Shown here: one piece after another, positions 9,655 to 19,876 of the stretch | Layout: each line of letters starts with the position of its first letter | Numbering within the stretch: the first letter of the stretch is position 1 | Assembly (NCBI GenBank): GCA_963702005.1 | Contig: OY969696.1 | Location: 1,888,001 to 1,952,000 of the forward strand | DNA length: 64,000 nt | Direction: 5' to 3' | From: Candidatus Aminicenantes bacterium | GTDB taxonomy: Bacteria; Acidobacteriota; Aminicenantia; Aminicenantales; JAFGBC01 | Position numbers and translations under genes: made by a program | Notes under the pieces: generated by a model | Database searches by the model: none | The model's input: the letters and a program-made list of their open reading frames with translations, nothing else | Told to the model about the DNA's origin: nothing

Positions 9655-9747
9655 GACCCGTTCGCCGTCTCTATACCTTTCCTTTAGGATAGAGAAGGGC
9701 GGCTCAGGGTTAACACTCACAAGCCGAAAACGCCTCGTGAGTGTTTA
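9655..9747. repeat. Intergenic copy of the palindromic element family
   Basis: gacccgttcgccg...ggctcagggttaa followed by hairpin aacactcac...gtgagtgtt; lies between convergent genes. Confidence 0.75.
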
Positions 9748-11952
9748 TCACCACCGCCAGAGATAGCTGACCTTGAAGAAGAAGCCGCGCTTTAGCTCGT
9801 GGAACCTGCTGCTCGGGGCGTAGTCCGTTCCCGTCCACTCCAGCTTCTCCAGGGCCGAGCCGTAGCCGAGGTGGACGACCGTCCCCGGGATGTAAGTGAA
9901 CGAAATCAGCCCGTCCAGGGTCATCCGCTTGTAGAAGTCGTTGTACTCGACGATGCCGCGCAAGAACAGGTACTTATTGATCTGGAACGCGTTGCGGCTC
10001 CGTAGAATCAGGTAATCGTATATTTTCGTCCGGTCCGACTTCCGGAAAAAATCCACGTAGCTCAGGCTCAGGCTGAAATCGAGCTGGTCCATGGGCTGGT
10101 ATTGGACGCCGCCCATGATCATGCTTCCGTAGCCCTGGTAGGGGGCGGAAGGATCGTAATAGGTCTTTCCCGTCCGCCGGGCGAAGATTTGGAGGTAGAA
10201 CTGCTTGGCCAGCTGCGACTGGACCTGGAATCCGTATCCGCTTAGGTCGAAGCGGTGCCCGACGAAAATCTCGTTGGCCAGAAGACCGTCGAACCGGACC
10301 ATGGTGTTCCGCGGCAGCCGGAGGCGGAGCGTAAAGAGGTCTACGGTCTCCCACATGTGGTAGATCGTGTCGTAGATGTGATAGCTCCAGTAGAAGGGCT
10401 CGATTTTTTGGAAAAACTTGGATGGGGGGTAGATCTGGTACATTGCGAAGGCGGCCAGCCGCCTCACCCCGGTCCGGGTGATAAATCCCGTGTCGACCTG
10501 GAAGTTCGGGGAGATGTCCTGGTAGCCGAGATCGAGGACCCATTTCCGGTTGGAGAATTCGTAGGCCAGGGACAGGGCGTGGTCTTTGTTCGCCGATTCG
10601 GCGCCGGGCGTCTTGGACAGGGACCCGAACAGGTGGAACGAGGCGACCGAAGTCTGGCTGAGCCGGAACCTGCCGTCGAAACCGCCGACCCGGTTGTAGC
10701 CGGAGCCGGATTCGCGACCCGTATAGAAGGCGCCGATGAAGGCGTCGTCTTTGAGCGTATGCTTGTAGCGGGCGATCGCGATATCGGGATGCTCGTCGAA
10801 CGGATCTCCGGGGAGGTTATCCTTGGCATAGATCGTGGCGACCGTGTCGCGGGGCGTGACCTTCCCGGTCAGCTTGAACCCGAAGACGGGATCGATGATG
10901 GTCCGGGTGTAGACGAGGGCCGACAGAGGAGCCTCCTCCATGGCGCCGCCGAATTGCCAGAGGTCGCTCCCCTCCAGGAAAAACGGACGCTTTTCCTCGT
11001 AGTAGAGAGCGTAGCGCTGGTTGAAGTCGACCTGACCGGCGTCGGACTCGACCTGGCTGAAGTCGGGATTGTAGGTCGCGTCCAGGGTCAGGTCGGAGGT
11101 GATCCCCAGTTTCCCGGTCAGGCTGAAGTCGCCGATGTCCAAAGCCTTGTTCCTGATAAGCTTGCCTTCGGAAGGTTCGTACGTCCTCCCGTAGGTGAGG
11201 GCGGGGAGGAGCTCGACGACTCTCTCGTATTTAAGGCCGGCCAGCCGGATGGGCATCGCCTGGCCGAGCAGGGACCCCTTGGCGGGGTCGAGCGGCGGGA
11301 AGCTCACCTGTTCCGAGGTCCGGGTGAAAAAGCGGATGAACAGGATGCGCCAGGTGACGACGTCCTTGTTCGGGAAGCGGATGCTCTGGAGGGGAATGCG
11401 GGCCTCGACGGTCCAGCCTTGGTCGTCGATCCGGCCCTTGCTGTACCAGACCGCGTCGAAGCTGGTCTCGATGTTTCCTGCCACGGTCAGCATGCCGTCG
11501 CCCTGGATGCCGAGGGGGTTGAGCATGAAGACGAAGGCGCTCTGGTTATCGTTGAAGGTGTCGAGGTTGATGAAAACGATGTCGTCCTGGAAGATGTTGT
11601 CGCGCTTGCTCATGGCGGCCTTGACCTTGGCCGGCTCGTTGTCGTAGCAGCGGAAGGCGAAGTAGAAGTTCTCGGCGTCATAGCTGATAAAAGCTTCGGT
11701 CTTCTGGCTCGCCTCCTTGCCGTAATCGGGCTTGAGCGTTTTAAACCCGTCGACCTTGAGGGCTTGGACCCAGACGGGATCGTCGAGGATTCCGTCGATC
11801 GCGGGCGGCTGCCCGGCCTTGGGGACGGTCAGGGGCGTTTCGGCTTCGGCCGTCCGCGGCCCGCCCCGAAGGGTTGGGACGAGAAGAAGGACGCAGAAAC
11901 TGGCGACGAGAAGAACGACATGTCTGGAGTTCGTCGGGCGATGAGACAACAT
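9748..11952 (-). CDS. DUF5916 protein with CBM9-like N-domain (putative outer-membrane protein)
   Basis: PAIDGILDDPVW, NPDFSQVESD, EKRPFFLEG; ends SYLWRW; RBS aggagg before 11952. Confidence 0.85.
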   Translation of the reverse strand: MLSHRPTNSRHVVLLVASFCVLLLVPTLRGGPRTAEAETPLTVPKAGQPPAIDGILDDPVWVQALKVDGFKTLKPDYGKEASQKTEAFISYDAENFYFAFRCYDNEPAKVKAAMSKRDNIFQDDIVFINLDTFNDNQSAFVFMLNPLGIQGDGMLTVAGNIETSFDAVWYSKGRIDDQGWTVEARIPLQSIRFPNKDVVTWRILFIRFFTRTSEQVSFPPLDPAKGSLLGQAMPIRLAGLKYERVVELLPALTYGRTYEPSEGKLIRNKALDIGDFSLTGKLGITSDLTLDATYNPDFSQVESDAGQVDFNQRYALYYEEKRPFFLEGSDLWQFGGAMEEAPLSALVYTRTIIDPVFGFKLTGKVTPRDTVATIYAKDNLPGDPFDEHPDIAIARYKHTLKDDAFIGAFYTGRESGSGYNRVGGFDGRFRLSQTSVASFHLFGSLSKTPGAESANKDHALSLAYEFSNRKWVLDLGYQDISPNFQVDTGFITRTGVRRLAAFAMYQIYPPSKFFQKIEPFYWSYHIYDTIYHMWETVDLFTLRLRLPRNTMVRFDGLLANEIFVGHRFDLSGYGFQVQSQLAKQFYLQIFARRTGKTYYDPSAPYQGYGSMIMGGVQYQPMDQLDFSLSLSYVDFFRKSDRTKIYDYLILRSRNAFQINKYLFLRGIVEYNDFYKRMTLDGLISFTYIPGTVVHLGYGSALEKLEWTGTDYAPSSRFHELKRGFFFKVSYLWRW

Positions 11953-12178
11953 GAGCCTCCTTTTCATCTCTGGGGCGGCATGGTTCGCATAGACCATCGG
12001 CATCCTGCTTTCATTAAGGAATACGGAATCGGAAGGCCCGAGGTTCATTGCGGATGTCAATAAAATGGCCACGGTCGCGAACGGGATCGTCCTTGAAAAC
12101 AAGCCATGCCGTATCGCCGAAGCCCCGTCTGATATACTATATCTGATCCAAAAGCCCGGATGTGTCGGGGAGGAGCTC

Positions 12179-12886
12179 ATGACCGAAAAAAAAGGCAAAA
12201 TTAAAATCTCGGAAAACGGGCCATATCTTGTTTCCGGGAACTTGCCACTCGAAAAGGAGATCATGGTGGTCGGAGGCGAGAACGAACCGGAACGATGGAA
12301 GAAGGGCGCCCGGTACCCGCAGAAGGACAATTACGCGCTCTGCCGTTGCGGAGAATCGGGGACGAAGCCGTACTGCGACGGAACGCACTTTACGGCCGCT
12401 TTTAACGGCACGGAGACGGCGCCGCGCAAAAATTATTTGGATATGGCGGAAAAGATCGCCGGTCCGGGAATGGACCTGACCGATGCGGAGTGCTATTGCG
12501 TGGCTGCGCGATACTGCCACCGGGCCGGCGACGCCTGGACTCTGACGGAAAAATCCGACGACCCCGCATCGAGACAGACAGCGATAGAGGAGGCCGGCCT
12601 TTGCCCCTCAGGACGGCTTGTCGCTTACGACAAACAAACGGGAAAGCCGATCGAGCCGAAATTCGAGCCTTCCCTCAGCCTTATCGAGGATACTAAACAC
12701 GGAGTGAGCGGTCCGATCTGGGTCAAGGGCGGCGTCCCGATCGAATCCTCCGACGGTTTTCAGTATGAAGTCAGGAACCGCGTCACGCTGTGCCGTTGCG
12801 GGCATTCCGCCAACAAGCCTTTCTGCGATGGAACGCACATCGGCACCAAGTTTGATGATGGGGACGACTCTTTGAAAAAATCATAG
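12179..12886 (+). CDS. CDGSH iron-sulfur domain protein (two CDGSH motifs + central Fe-S domain)
   Basis: CRCGESGTKPYCDGTH, CVAARYC...CPSGRL, CRCGHSANKPFCDGTH; RBS gaggag. Confidence 0.9.
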   Translation: MTEKKGKIKISENGPYLVSGNLPLEKEIMVVGGENEPERWKKGARYPQKDNYALCRCGESGTKPYCDGTHFTAAFNGTETAPRKNYLDMAEKIAGPGMDLTDAECYCVAARYCHRAGDAWTLTEKSDDPASRQTAIEEAGLCPSGRLVAYDKQTGKPIEPKFEPSLSLIEDTKHGVSGPIWVKGGVPIESSDGFQYEVRNRVTLCRCGHSANKPFCDGTHIGTKFDDGDDSLKKS

Positions 12887-12900
12887 TGAGATATGAGGAC

Positions 12901-13245
12901 ATGAACACAATAGATCGATGTGAGCTCCTTGCTAGCAGTCTGGATCTCGAAAAAGCTCTCAAGTCCAAAGAACGCCTTTTTGTCCTTTTTTACGCCTCGT
13001 GGTGCCCCTACTCTCGGATGTTCCTTCCCGTATTTCTGGAGCATGCGAACAGCAGCGAACATTGCTATCTGCGAGTATTGACCGACGACAAGGACGACCT
13101 CATCGACAAGTATTCCATAAAGGTCTATCCGACCGTTTTGTTTTTTGAAAAGGGCCAAATCAGGAAACGGCTCGACGGCGTCTTCCATGTCGGATTGGAC
13201 AAGGGTCAGCTCGAGGAATTTGTCCTGCGCTGCGACGCTCGATGA
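12901..13245 (+). CDS. Thioredoxin-family protein (CxxS)
   Basis: VLFYASWCPYS, cis-Pro motif VYPTVLFFEKG; start uncertain (12886 GTG or 12901 ATG). Confidence 0.8.
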   Translation: MNTIDRCELLASSLDLEKALKSKERLFVLFYASWCPYSRMFLPVFLEHANSSEHCYLRVLTDDKDDLIDKYSIKVYPTVLFFEKGQIRKRLDGVFHVGLDKGQLEEFVLRCDAR

Positions 13246-13290
13246 GCTGAGGCGCCTTCGGCGTCGCGCCGCTTGTCGACGGCCGGTCCG

Positions 13291-14634
13291 TCAGCGTTTC
13301 CGGCCGAGCCAGAGCACGTAGACCGGGATTCCGGCCAGGACGGTCACGACCGCGGCCGTCGATTCGAGCGGCCGGTTCAGATAGTTGACGGCCATCAAGC
13401 CAAGGCTGGCCGCGAGGTAGAAGATCGGGGTCACCGGATATCCCCAGGTCTTGAAGGCGCCGGCCGGGCCGCCGCCCGATCGTTTCCGCGCAACCAAAAC
13501 GCCGAACACGGCCAGCCAGGGGAAGATGTTCAGGGCGAACCCCATGTAGATGAGGAGCTGCTCGAAGGAGCCGGCCAGGACCATGACGGCGGCGAACAGC
13601 CCTTGGCACAGGATGGACCAGCCGGGCACGCGGAAGCGGGGATGGATGCGCGACGCGAACGAGAAGAAAAGGCCGTCCTTGGCCATCGAATAGTAAACCC
13701 GGGGCCCGAGGATGATGAAGGCGCTCAGCGAGGAGAGAAGACAGAAGCCGACCAGAAAGCCCAGACCTTTTCCCATCCAGGGGCCGAAGGTCCGGACCGC
13801 GGCCTTTCCGACGATCGGAATGACGCCGCCGGCTTCGGCATAGGGCAGAGACCGGAAGATAAAGGCGTTGACGGCCAGATACAGGGCGACGACGATGAGG
13901 GTCCCGGCGATGAGGGAGAGCGGGAGATTGCGGCGCGGATTCCGCATCTCCCCGGCGATGTAGGAGCTGGCGTTCCAGCCGCTGTAGGCGAACATGACCA
14001 TCATCATGGCCGTGCCGAAGCCGAGAAGGGTACCGGTCCCGGGACCGGGGAAGGAAAGAGCGGGGAAGGGCGAACGGACGGCCAAGGCGCCGGCTATGGC
14101 TAGACCGGCGATGATCAAGATTTTGAGCGAGGTCAGGGCGTTCTGGACGCGGCCGCCCAGCCGGACACCCCTGTAATGAATGAGCGTGAATAGGCCGATG
14201 ACGGCCAGGGCGACGGCTTTTTTGGGGACGACCGAGGCGGTGGCGGGCGGAACCGCGGAGATCCCCAGCCCGGCGTAGACATACTCCGAGAAGGCGAGGG
14301 CCGAGGCGGCGATCGGAACGGTGAATCCGACGACGAAGCTCGTCCAGCCCGTCAGGAAGCCGAAGACGGGGTGGTAGAGCTTCTTGAGGTAGACGTACTC
14401 GCCGCCGACCTCGGGCATGCGGGTCGCCAGCTCCGCGTAGCACAGGGCGCCGGAAAGGGCGATCAGCCCGCCCAGCAGCCAGCAGGCCAGAATCCAGCCC
14501 GGACCGGGAAGCCTGGCCGCCAGGATGCCGGAAGTGACGAAGATCCCGGCGCCGACCATATTGGCGACCACGATAAAGGTCGCCGTGGCCGGGCCGATCT
14601 TGCGTTCGAGCGAAGGATTGGTCATTGCGGGCAT
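13291..14634 (-). CDS. APC-family amino acid permease
   Basis: NMVGAGIF, YAELAT..P..GGEYVYL, FAYSGWN, GEMRNPRRNLP; about 12 hydrophobic segments. Confidence 0.9.
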   Translation of the reverse strand: MPAMTNPSLERKIGPATATFIVVANMVGAGIFVTSGILAARLPGPGWILACWLLGGLIALSGALCYAELATRMPEVGGEYVYLKKLYHPVFGFLTGWTSFVVGFTVPIAASALAFSEYVYAGLGISAVPPATASVVPKKAVALAVIGLFTLIHYRGVRLGGRVQNALTSLKILIIAGLAIAGALAVRSPFPALSFPGPGTGTLLGFGTAMMMVMFAYSGWNASSYIAGEMRNPRRNLPLSLIAGTLIVVALYLAVNAFIFRSLPYAEAGGVIPIVGKAAVRTFGPWMGKGLGFLVGFCLLSSLSAFIILGPRVYYSMAKDGLFFSFASRIHPRFRVPGWSILCQGLFAAVMVLAGSFEQLLIYMGFALNIFPWLAVFGVLVARKRSGGGPAGAFKTWGYPVTPIFYLAASLGLMAVNYLNRPLESTAAVVTVLAGIPVYVLWLGRKR

Positions 14635-14936
14635 TATATCATCAATGGAGCAGGGCCCCGAGGTTCCGAGTCAGGATCGGAAATCCGGGGCCCGCCTCGT
14701 CCCCAGCCCTTTCCGGGCAGGAGGGGCAATGCGCTCAGCGCGGCGAATCCCTTGAGGAAATTCCGCCATCATCTATGGCCTCCAAATTTCAGGTTGGAAA
14801 TCCTGGGACATTTCAAAATAGATGCAAGCTTCAGGCCAATTCGTCCTTTTGGAATCCCGCCTGCTTGTCTTGGGATAGGAGGAGTTCACGAAGCGCGGCT
14901 TGGAAAGATATTTTACACCTTGGCCCGGCCGGGCCC

Positions 14937-15788
14937 TCACCTTCGGTACAGGAAGATCGTGTGCTCTTCACCCATCTGGTCCTTCATGGCGAAGGAATCG
15001 ATCTCTATGCTCTTCCAGCTCGGGATGTCGTAGTTGTGGCAGACGACCCGGGCGCCCGGCTTGAGCTGGGCCTCGAACTTGGGCCGGAGCAGCTCGTTCG
15101 ACTCGGGGAGGAGGTAGATGGCCAGGACGGTCGCCTCGGAAATATCGGTCTTGGTCGCGTCCTCGCAGATGAACTTGACGAGGTTTTCGACGCCGGCGGC
15201 CTTGGCCCCGGCCCGCGACTCCATGATCCTGCGGGGGTCGATATCGATCCCGACGCCATGGGCGCCGTAGGTCTTCGCGGCGGTGATGACGATCCGGCCG
15301 TCGCCGCAGCCGAGGTCGTAGACGACGTCCCGGGCGCCAACCTTGGCCATCTCCAGCATCTTTTCGACGATGGGCATGGGCGTCCCGACGTAGGGGGCTA
15401 AGTCCGCGGCGTCCGCGCGGCCGTGGGCGCCTTGGTAAATTTGGAGTTGATCGGCTTCGTCGTAACGGAACGAATAGGGGAGGCCCGAGGCGAGGTTGTT
15501 TTCGACGGTCTTGCCGCCTTTGACGAAGGTCACGACCATGTCCCGGCTCCCCGGGTAGCGGTGGATCGCACCCAGCGGGAGCTCTTTGTAGAGGGGTCGC
15601 TCCGGGGAATCCTGGGGCTTGATCCAATAATGGACGACTTCGTCGGTGACGTTGCGGATCGTGATCTCCGGCTTGGCGGGCGTGGCCGGGAATCCCTCCG
15701 AGCCCTGGCGGCCCGAGGTCAGGATGACGGCCGCCAGGCCGGCCACGACCAGGACGGCTAATAGTCCTATCTCGAGCCTGCGCCTCAT
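14937..15788 (-). CDS. Class I SAM-dependent methyltransferase with N-terminal membrane anchor/signal
   Basis: APYVGTP, VVYDLGCGDGRIVI, GVGIDIDP, YLLP, LKPGARVV; hydrophobic N-terminus. Confidence 0.85.
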   Translation of the reverse strand: MRRRLEIGLLAVLVVAGLAAVILTSGRQGSEGFPATPAKPEITIRNVTDEVVHYWIKPQDSPERPLYKELPLGAIHRYPGSRDMVVTFVKGGKTVENNLASGLPYSFRYDEADQLQIYQGAHGRADAADLAPYVGTPMPIVEKMLEMAKVGARDVVYDLGCGDGRIVITAAKTYGAHGVGIDIDPRRIMESRAGAKAAGVENLVKFICEDATKTDISEATVLAIYLLPESNELLRPKFEAQLKPGARVVCHNYDIPSWKSIEIDSFAMKDQMGEEHTIFLYRR

Positions 15789-15966
15789 GGATAATTCCTC
15801 CGCGGGCTATTTTAACATAAGCTCCGACCGGCGAGTCAGACGTTTCATGTTAAATAATTCATTCCCTACAACGATCCGGGCACCGGAAGCTGCGTTATCC
15901 GGATTCTGATCACGGCCTTCGTAGGCATCTCTTTCATCGAAACTTATGATATAATAAAATAATAAA

Positions 15967-18189
15967 ATGGCTTGGCAGCGCCCGCAACATCGTCCCGGCG
16001 CGAGACCGACGATTAATCAAGTTGACCTGGAGGCCAATGGCGCGCTTGCCAACCGGCACCAACTTCTAGTCGATGCGCTAATACTCCTTGGCTTGAGCAG
16101 CCTGGCGATTGCCCAGCCGCTCTTGGACGTGCTGGGACGGGCGGCGGAGTTCTTCATCGCCAGCCGGGCGAAGCCGCTCGATCTAGTGCTTCTCGTCATC
16201 TTGCTCTGCCTGATAATCCCGGGGGTTTTAATCGGCCTTGAGCTGCTGTCCGGAATGCTGGGCAAGCGAGCGCGGGCCAAGGTGCACCTGGTGTTCGTGG
16301 GGTTGCTCTCAGCCGTGATCGCCCTTCCGCTCATCAAGCGGTTTGGCGCCGTGCCGCTTCTTGTCGAGCTGCTGACGGCGACCGTCGTGGGCGTCGCAAT
16401 CGGGCTGAGCTATCTTAAACTCCGTCCGGTCAGGGTGTTTTTGGCTTTTCTTGGGGTCGCGACGCTGGTTGTTCCGGCCAACTTCATTTTTAATACCGGG
16501 GCCGCGAGGGTCCTGTTTTCCAAGAGCGTAGCGGCCATGGATACCAAAATTACCGCCCGCGCGCCGGTCGTTATGGTCATATTTGACGAATTGCCGTTGA
16601 CTTCGCTCCTGACCGAGCGCTATCAGATTGATAGGGTGCGCTACCCCAACTTTGCCGCTTTATCCCAAGAGGCCACCTGGTTCCGCAACGCGACTTGCGT
16701 CTCTACGATAACCCTTCGGGCGATTCCGTGTATTTTATCCGGTAACTATCCAAAAGCCGGGCTCATGCCGACTTGGAACGACTATCCGCACAGCTTATTC
16801 ACGCTGCTCGGCGGGTCCTATGAAATGCACGTTTTTGAGCCGTGCACCCATTTGTGTCCGGATCAACTCTCGGCTCCGCTCCAGGCGTCTCTTGCATTCA
16901 TCGAGAGGATAGGGAAGATGCTCAATGATGTGGCGATCGTTTACGGCCATATCGTCCTGCCCGATGCCTGGGCGGCCCATCTTCCTTCCGTCGCCGATAA
17001 GTGGAATGACTTTGCAGGGGACGCTGAAAAGCCCGCCGGCGACAAAAAGGCCGTCAGCGGGGCGGGTCCGGGGCGACGGCCGTCGCTCTTCAACGACAAG
17101 GACCGCCGCGCGATGTTTGCGGCGTTTGTCGGCTCGATCAAGCCATCCGATCGCCCGGCGCTATACTTCGCGCATGTTGAGATTCCGCACCCGCCGTTCC
17201 AATACCTTCCCTCCGGCAAGGTTTACGCGCTGAATAATTTTGTCAACGAGGGCTTGAATAACTATCTATGGCAGAAAGATCCCGCTCCCGTCCTCTATCA
17301 GTATCAACGGCATCTGCTCCAAGTCGGCTTCGCCGACAAGCTGCTCGGCGACTTGCTCGCCAAGCTGAAAGAAAGCGGCCTCTACGATCCGGCCCTCGTC
17401 GTCGTGATGTCGGACCATGGGGTATGCTTTATTCCGGGCGACAAACACCGCGGCGTCTCGGAAACAAACTACCGGGACATTCTGCCGGTCCCGCTGTTCA
17501 TCAAGGCGCCCGGCCAGCACGAGGGGATTATCAGCGAGCGGGTCGTGGAGACGATCGATGTCCTGCCGACGATGGCGGACCTGCTGGATATCTCATTGCC
17601 CTGGGCCGTGGACGGCCGCTCGGCGTTCGATACCTCCCAACCCGAGAAGGATATTAAATTTGAAGGCATCCAGGGCAAAATATTTTCCTCCCGGACGAGC
17701 GAGATGATGGAAGCGATCAAACGTAAAACAGAGCTGTTCGGCGGCGACTGCGCTTGGGATCGGCTGTTTAGCGCCCGTACCTACAAGAATCTGATCAAAC
17801 GGCGGCTCGAGGAATTTCCGATAGACAGCGGCCCGGAGGCCCGCCTTGAGCTGGACAACGTCGACGATTACGCCGCCGTTGATCCTCATTCCGATTTCGT
17901 GCCGCTGCGGATCCGGGGGAGAATCTTTCCCGGCGAGGGTCAGGGCGGGCCATTTACCTTGGCAATCGCCGTCAATCACACGATCCGGGCGATCACCGAG
18001 ACATTCCCTTGGCGGGGCAACCGAGACTGGTTCGTCGCTATGGTTCCCGAGGATTCTTTCCAGCCTGGATCGAACTCCATTCAGGTCGTCATTGTCACGG
18101 GATCCGAAAACCAGCCCCGGTTTCAACTCCTGCAACTCCAACGTTCCAAGAAAAATCGAATGCCAAGGGAAGGCGAAGAACAAAAGTAG
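15967..18189 (+). CDS. Membrane-anchored sulfatase-like (alkaline phosphatase superfamily) hydrolase/transferase
   Basis: About 5 N-terminal TM segments; VVMVIFDELP, STITLRAIP (Thr at nucleophile position), PHPPF, MSDHG, VPLFIK, IDVLPT. Confidence 0.8.
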   Translation: MAWQRPQHRPGARPTINQVDLEANGALANRHQLLVDALILLGLSSLAIAQPLLDVLGRAAEFFIASRAKPLDLVLLVILLCLIIPGVLIGLELLSGMLGKRARAKVHLVFVGLLSAVIALPLIKRFGAVPLLVELLTATVVGVAIGLSYLKLRPVRVFLAFLGVATLVVPANFIFNTGAARVLFSKSVAAMDTKITARAPVVMVIFDELPLTSLLTERYQIDRVRYPNFAALSQEATWFRNATCVSTITLRAIPCILSGNYPKAGLMPTWNDYPHSLFTLLGGSYEMHVFEPCTHLCPDQLSAPLQASLAFIERIGKMLNDVAIVYGHIVLPDAWAAHLPSVADKWNDFAGDAEKPAGDKKAVSGAGPGRRPSLFNDKDRRAMFAAFVGSIKPSDRPALYFAHVEIPHPPFQYLPSGKVYALNNFVNEGLNNYLWQKDPAPVLYQYQRHLLQVGFADKLLGDLLAKLKESGLYDPALVVVMSDHGVCFIPGDKHRGVSETNYRDILPVPLFIKAPGQHEGIISERVVETIDVLPTMADLLDISLPWAVDGRSAFDTSQPEKDIKFEGIQGKIFSSRTSEMMEAIKRKTELFGGDCAWDRLFSARTYKNLIKRRLEEFPIDSGPEARLELDNVDDYAAVDPHSDFVPLRIRGRIFPGEGQGGPFTLAIAVNHTIRAITETFPWRGNRDWFVAMVPEDSFQPGSNSIQVVIVTGSENQPRFQLLQLQRSKKNRMPREGEEQK

Positions 18190-18269
18190 AAGAAAAGGAG
18201 ATAAGAGCTAGGCTTTAATTGACAAGTCGGCCGTTTCATGCTAAATAATTCATTTTTGAGAAGGAAATA

Positions 18270-18494
18270 ATGAGAGCATTCAAACACAAAGCGTTGCTGG
18301 CGGCCGGTGTCCTGGCCTTCCTCCTAGGCTTCCCCAAGCCGAACTATGCCTACATCGATCCGGGCACCGGAAGCTACGTCATCCAGATTCTGATCGCGGC
18401 CTTCGTCAGCATTTCCTTCGCCATCAGGATCTTTTGGAAGAAGATCAAGGCCTTCCTTCTGAAGCTCTTCAAGAAAGACAGGCATGAGGAGTGA
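18270..18494 (+). CDS. Small membrane protein, YIDPGTGS-type
   Basis: RBS aagga; signal-like N-terminus ending NYA, then YIDPGTGS, one TM helix and a basic tail (FWKKIKAFLLKLFKK); overlaps the next gene. Confidence 0.8.
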   Translation: MRAFKHKALLAAGVLAFLLGFPKPNYAYIDPGTGSYVIQILIAAFVSISFAIRIFWKKIKAFLLKLFKKDRHEE

Positions 18495-19869
18495 CTGGTC
18501 GGAGCTCGCCGGCTCCTTCCGCGATCCGAGCGGCTTTCTGTTCGTAAAGGGCGGCATCCTCTACCGCCAGGTCAATCAAGCCTATCGAGACGATTACGAC
18601 CATCTCATCGGCTCGGGGCTCTACGAGCGCCTGGCCGGGTCCAGCCTCCTGATCCGGCACGAGGAGACGACCCTGGCGCCGGCCCTGCCCGCTCTCGCCT
18701 ACAAGGTCATCAAGCCCGAGCCGGTCCCTTTCATCTCCTACCCCTATGAATGGTGCTTCAGCCAGCTCAAGGACGCGGCCCTGGCCACTCTCCGCATCCA
18801 GAAGACGGCCCTCGAGTTCCAGATGGTCCTCAAGGACGCCAGCGCCTACAACGTCCAGTTCCGGGACGGCGCCCCCGTCTTCATCGACACCCTGTCCTTC
18901 GAGGTCGTCCGGGACTGGAAGCCGTGGGTCGCCTACCGCCAGTTCTGCCAGCATTTCCTGGCGCCCTTGCTCCTGATGGCCCGCAAGGACGAGCGGTTCG
19001 GCCTCTGGCTGAGGATCTTTATCGACGGGATTCCGCTCGACCTGGCCAGCCGGAGCCTTCCCTTCCGAACCCGCTTCGCGCCCGGCATCCTGGCCCACAT
19101 TCACGCCCACGCCGCCAGCCAGAAGCATTACGCTTCGAGGACGGAGAAGCTCAAGGAGAGGCGGTTCAGCCGGACGGCCCTGCTGGGGCTCGTGGACAGC
19201 CTGGAGTCCAATATCCGGAAGCTCCGCTTCCACTCCAAGGAAACCGAGTGGGGGGATTATTACCAGGACACCAACTACACGGCCGAAGGCCACGAGCATA
19301 AAAAAAGGACCATCGGTGAATTCCTGGACGTCGTCAAGCCGGGGACGGTCTGGGACTTGGGGGCCAACACGGGCCTCTTCAGCCGGATCGCGAGCTCGCG
19401 GGGCATTAGGACGATCTCCTTCGACGTCGACCCCCTGGCCGTCGAGAGGAATTACCGGGAGATGGCCGCCAAGAAGGAAACCAACCTGCTGCCCCTGGTC
19501 ATGGACCTGACCAACCCGAGCCCCGGCGTCGGTTGGGACAACCGGGAGCGGATGTCGCTCGAGGAGCGGGGGCCGGCCGACGCCGCCTTCGCCCTGGCCC
19601 TCATCCATCACCTGGCCATCTCCAACAACCTTCCCTTCGACCGGATCGCGGCCTATTTCCGGAAAATCTGCCGGTTCCTCGTCATCGAATTCGTGCCCAA
19701 GGACGACTCCCAGGTTCGGCGGCTCCTGGTCACCCGCGAGGACATTTTCGGCGGCTATACCCAGGCCCGGTTCGAGGAGGAGTTCGAGAGGGCCTTCAAG
19801 ATTCTCCGCTCCGTTCCCATCCGGGATTCGGCCCGGACTCTTTATTTAATGCAGGCGAAGCCGGCTTAG
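18484..19869 (+). CDS. NoeA-like protein: kinase-like N-domain + SAM methyltransferase
   Basis: GSFRDPSG, SYPYEW, LKDASAYN...VFID; VWDLGANTG, ALALIHHL, IEFVP. Confidence 0.75.
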   Translation: MRSDWSELAGSFRDPSGFLFVKGGILYRQVNQAYRDDYDHLIGSGLYERLAGSSLLIRHEETTLAPALPALAYKVIKPEPVPFISYPYEWCFSQLKDAALATLRIQKTALEFQMVLKDASAYNVQFRDGAPVFIDTLSFEVVRDWKPWVAYRQFCQHFLAPLLLMARKDERFGLWLRIFIDGIPLDLASRSLPFRTRFAPGILAHIHAHAASQKHYASRTEKLKERRFSRTALLGLVDSLESNIRKLRFHSKETEWGDYYQDTNYTAEGHEHKKRTIGEFLDVVKPGTVWDLGANTGLFSRIASSRGIRTISFDVDPLAVERNYREMAAKKETNLLPLVMDLTNPSPGVGWDNRERMSLEERGPADAAFALALIHHLAISNNLPFDRIAAYFRKICRFLVIEFVPKDDSQVRRLLVTREDIFGGYTQARFEEEFERAFKILRSVPIRDSARTLYLMQAKPA

Positions 19870-19876
19870 GAGCGCG

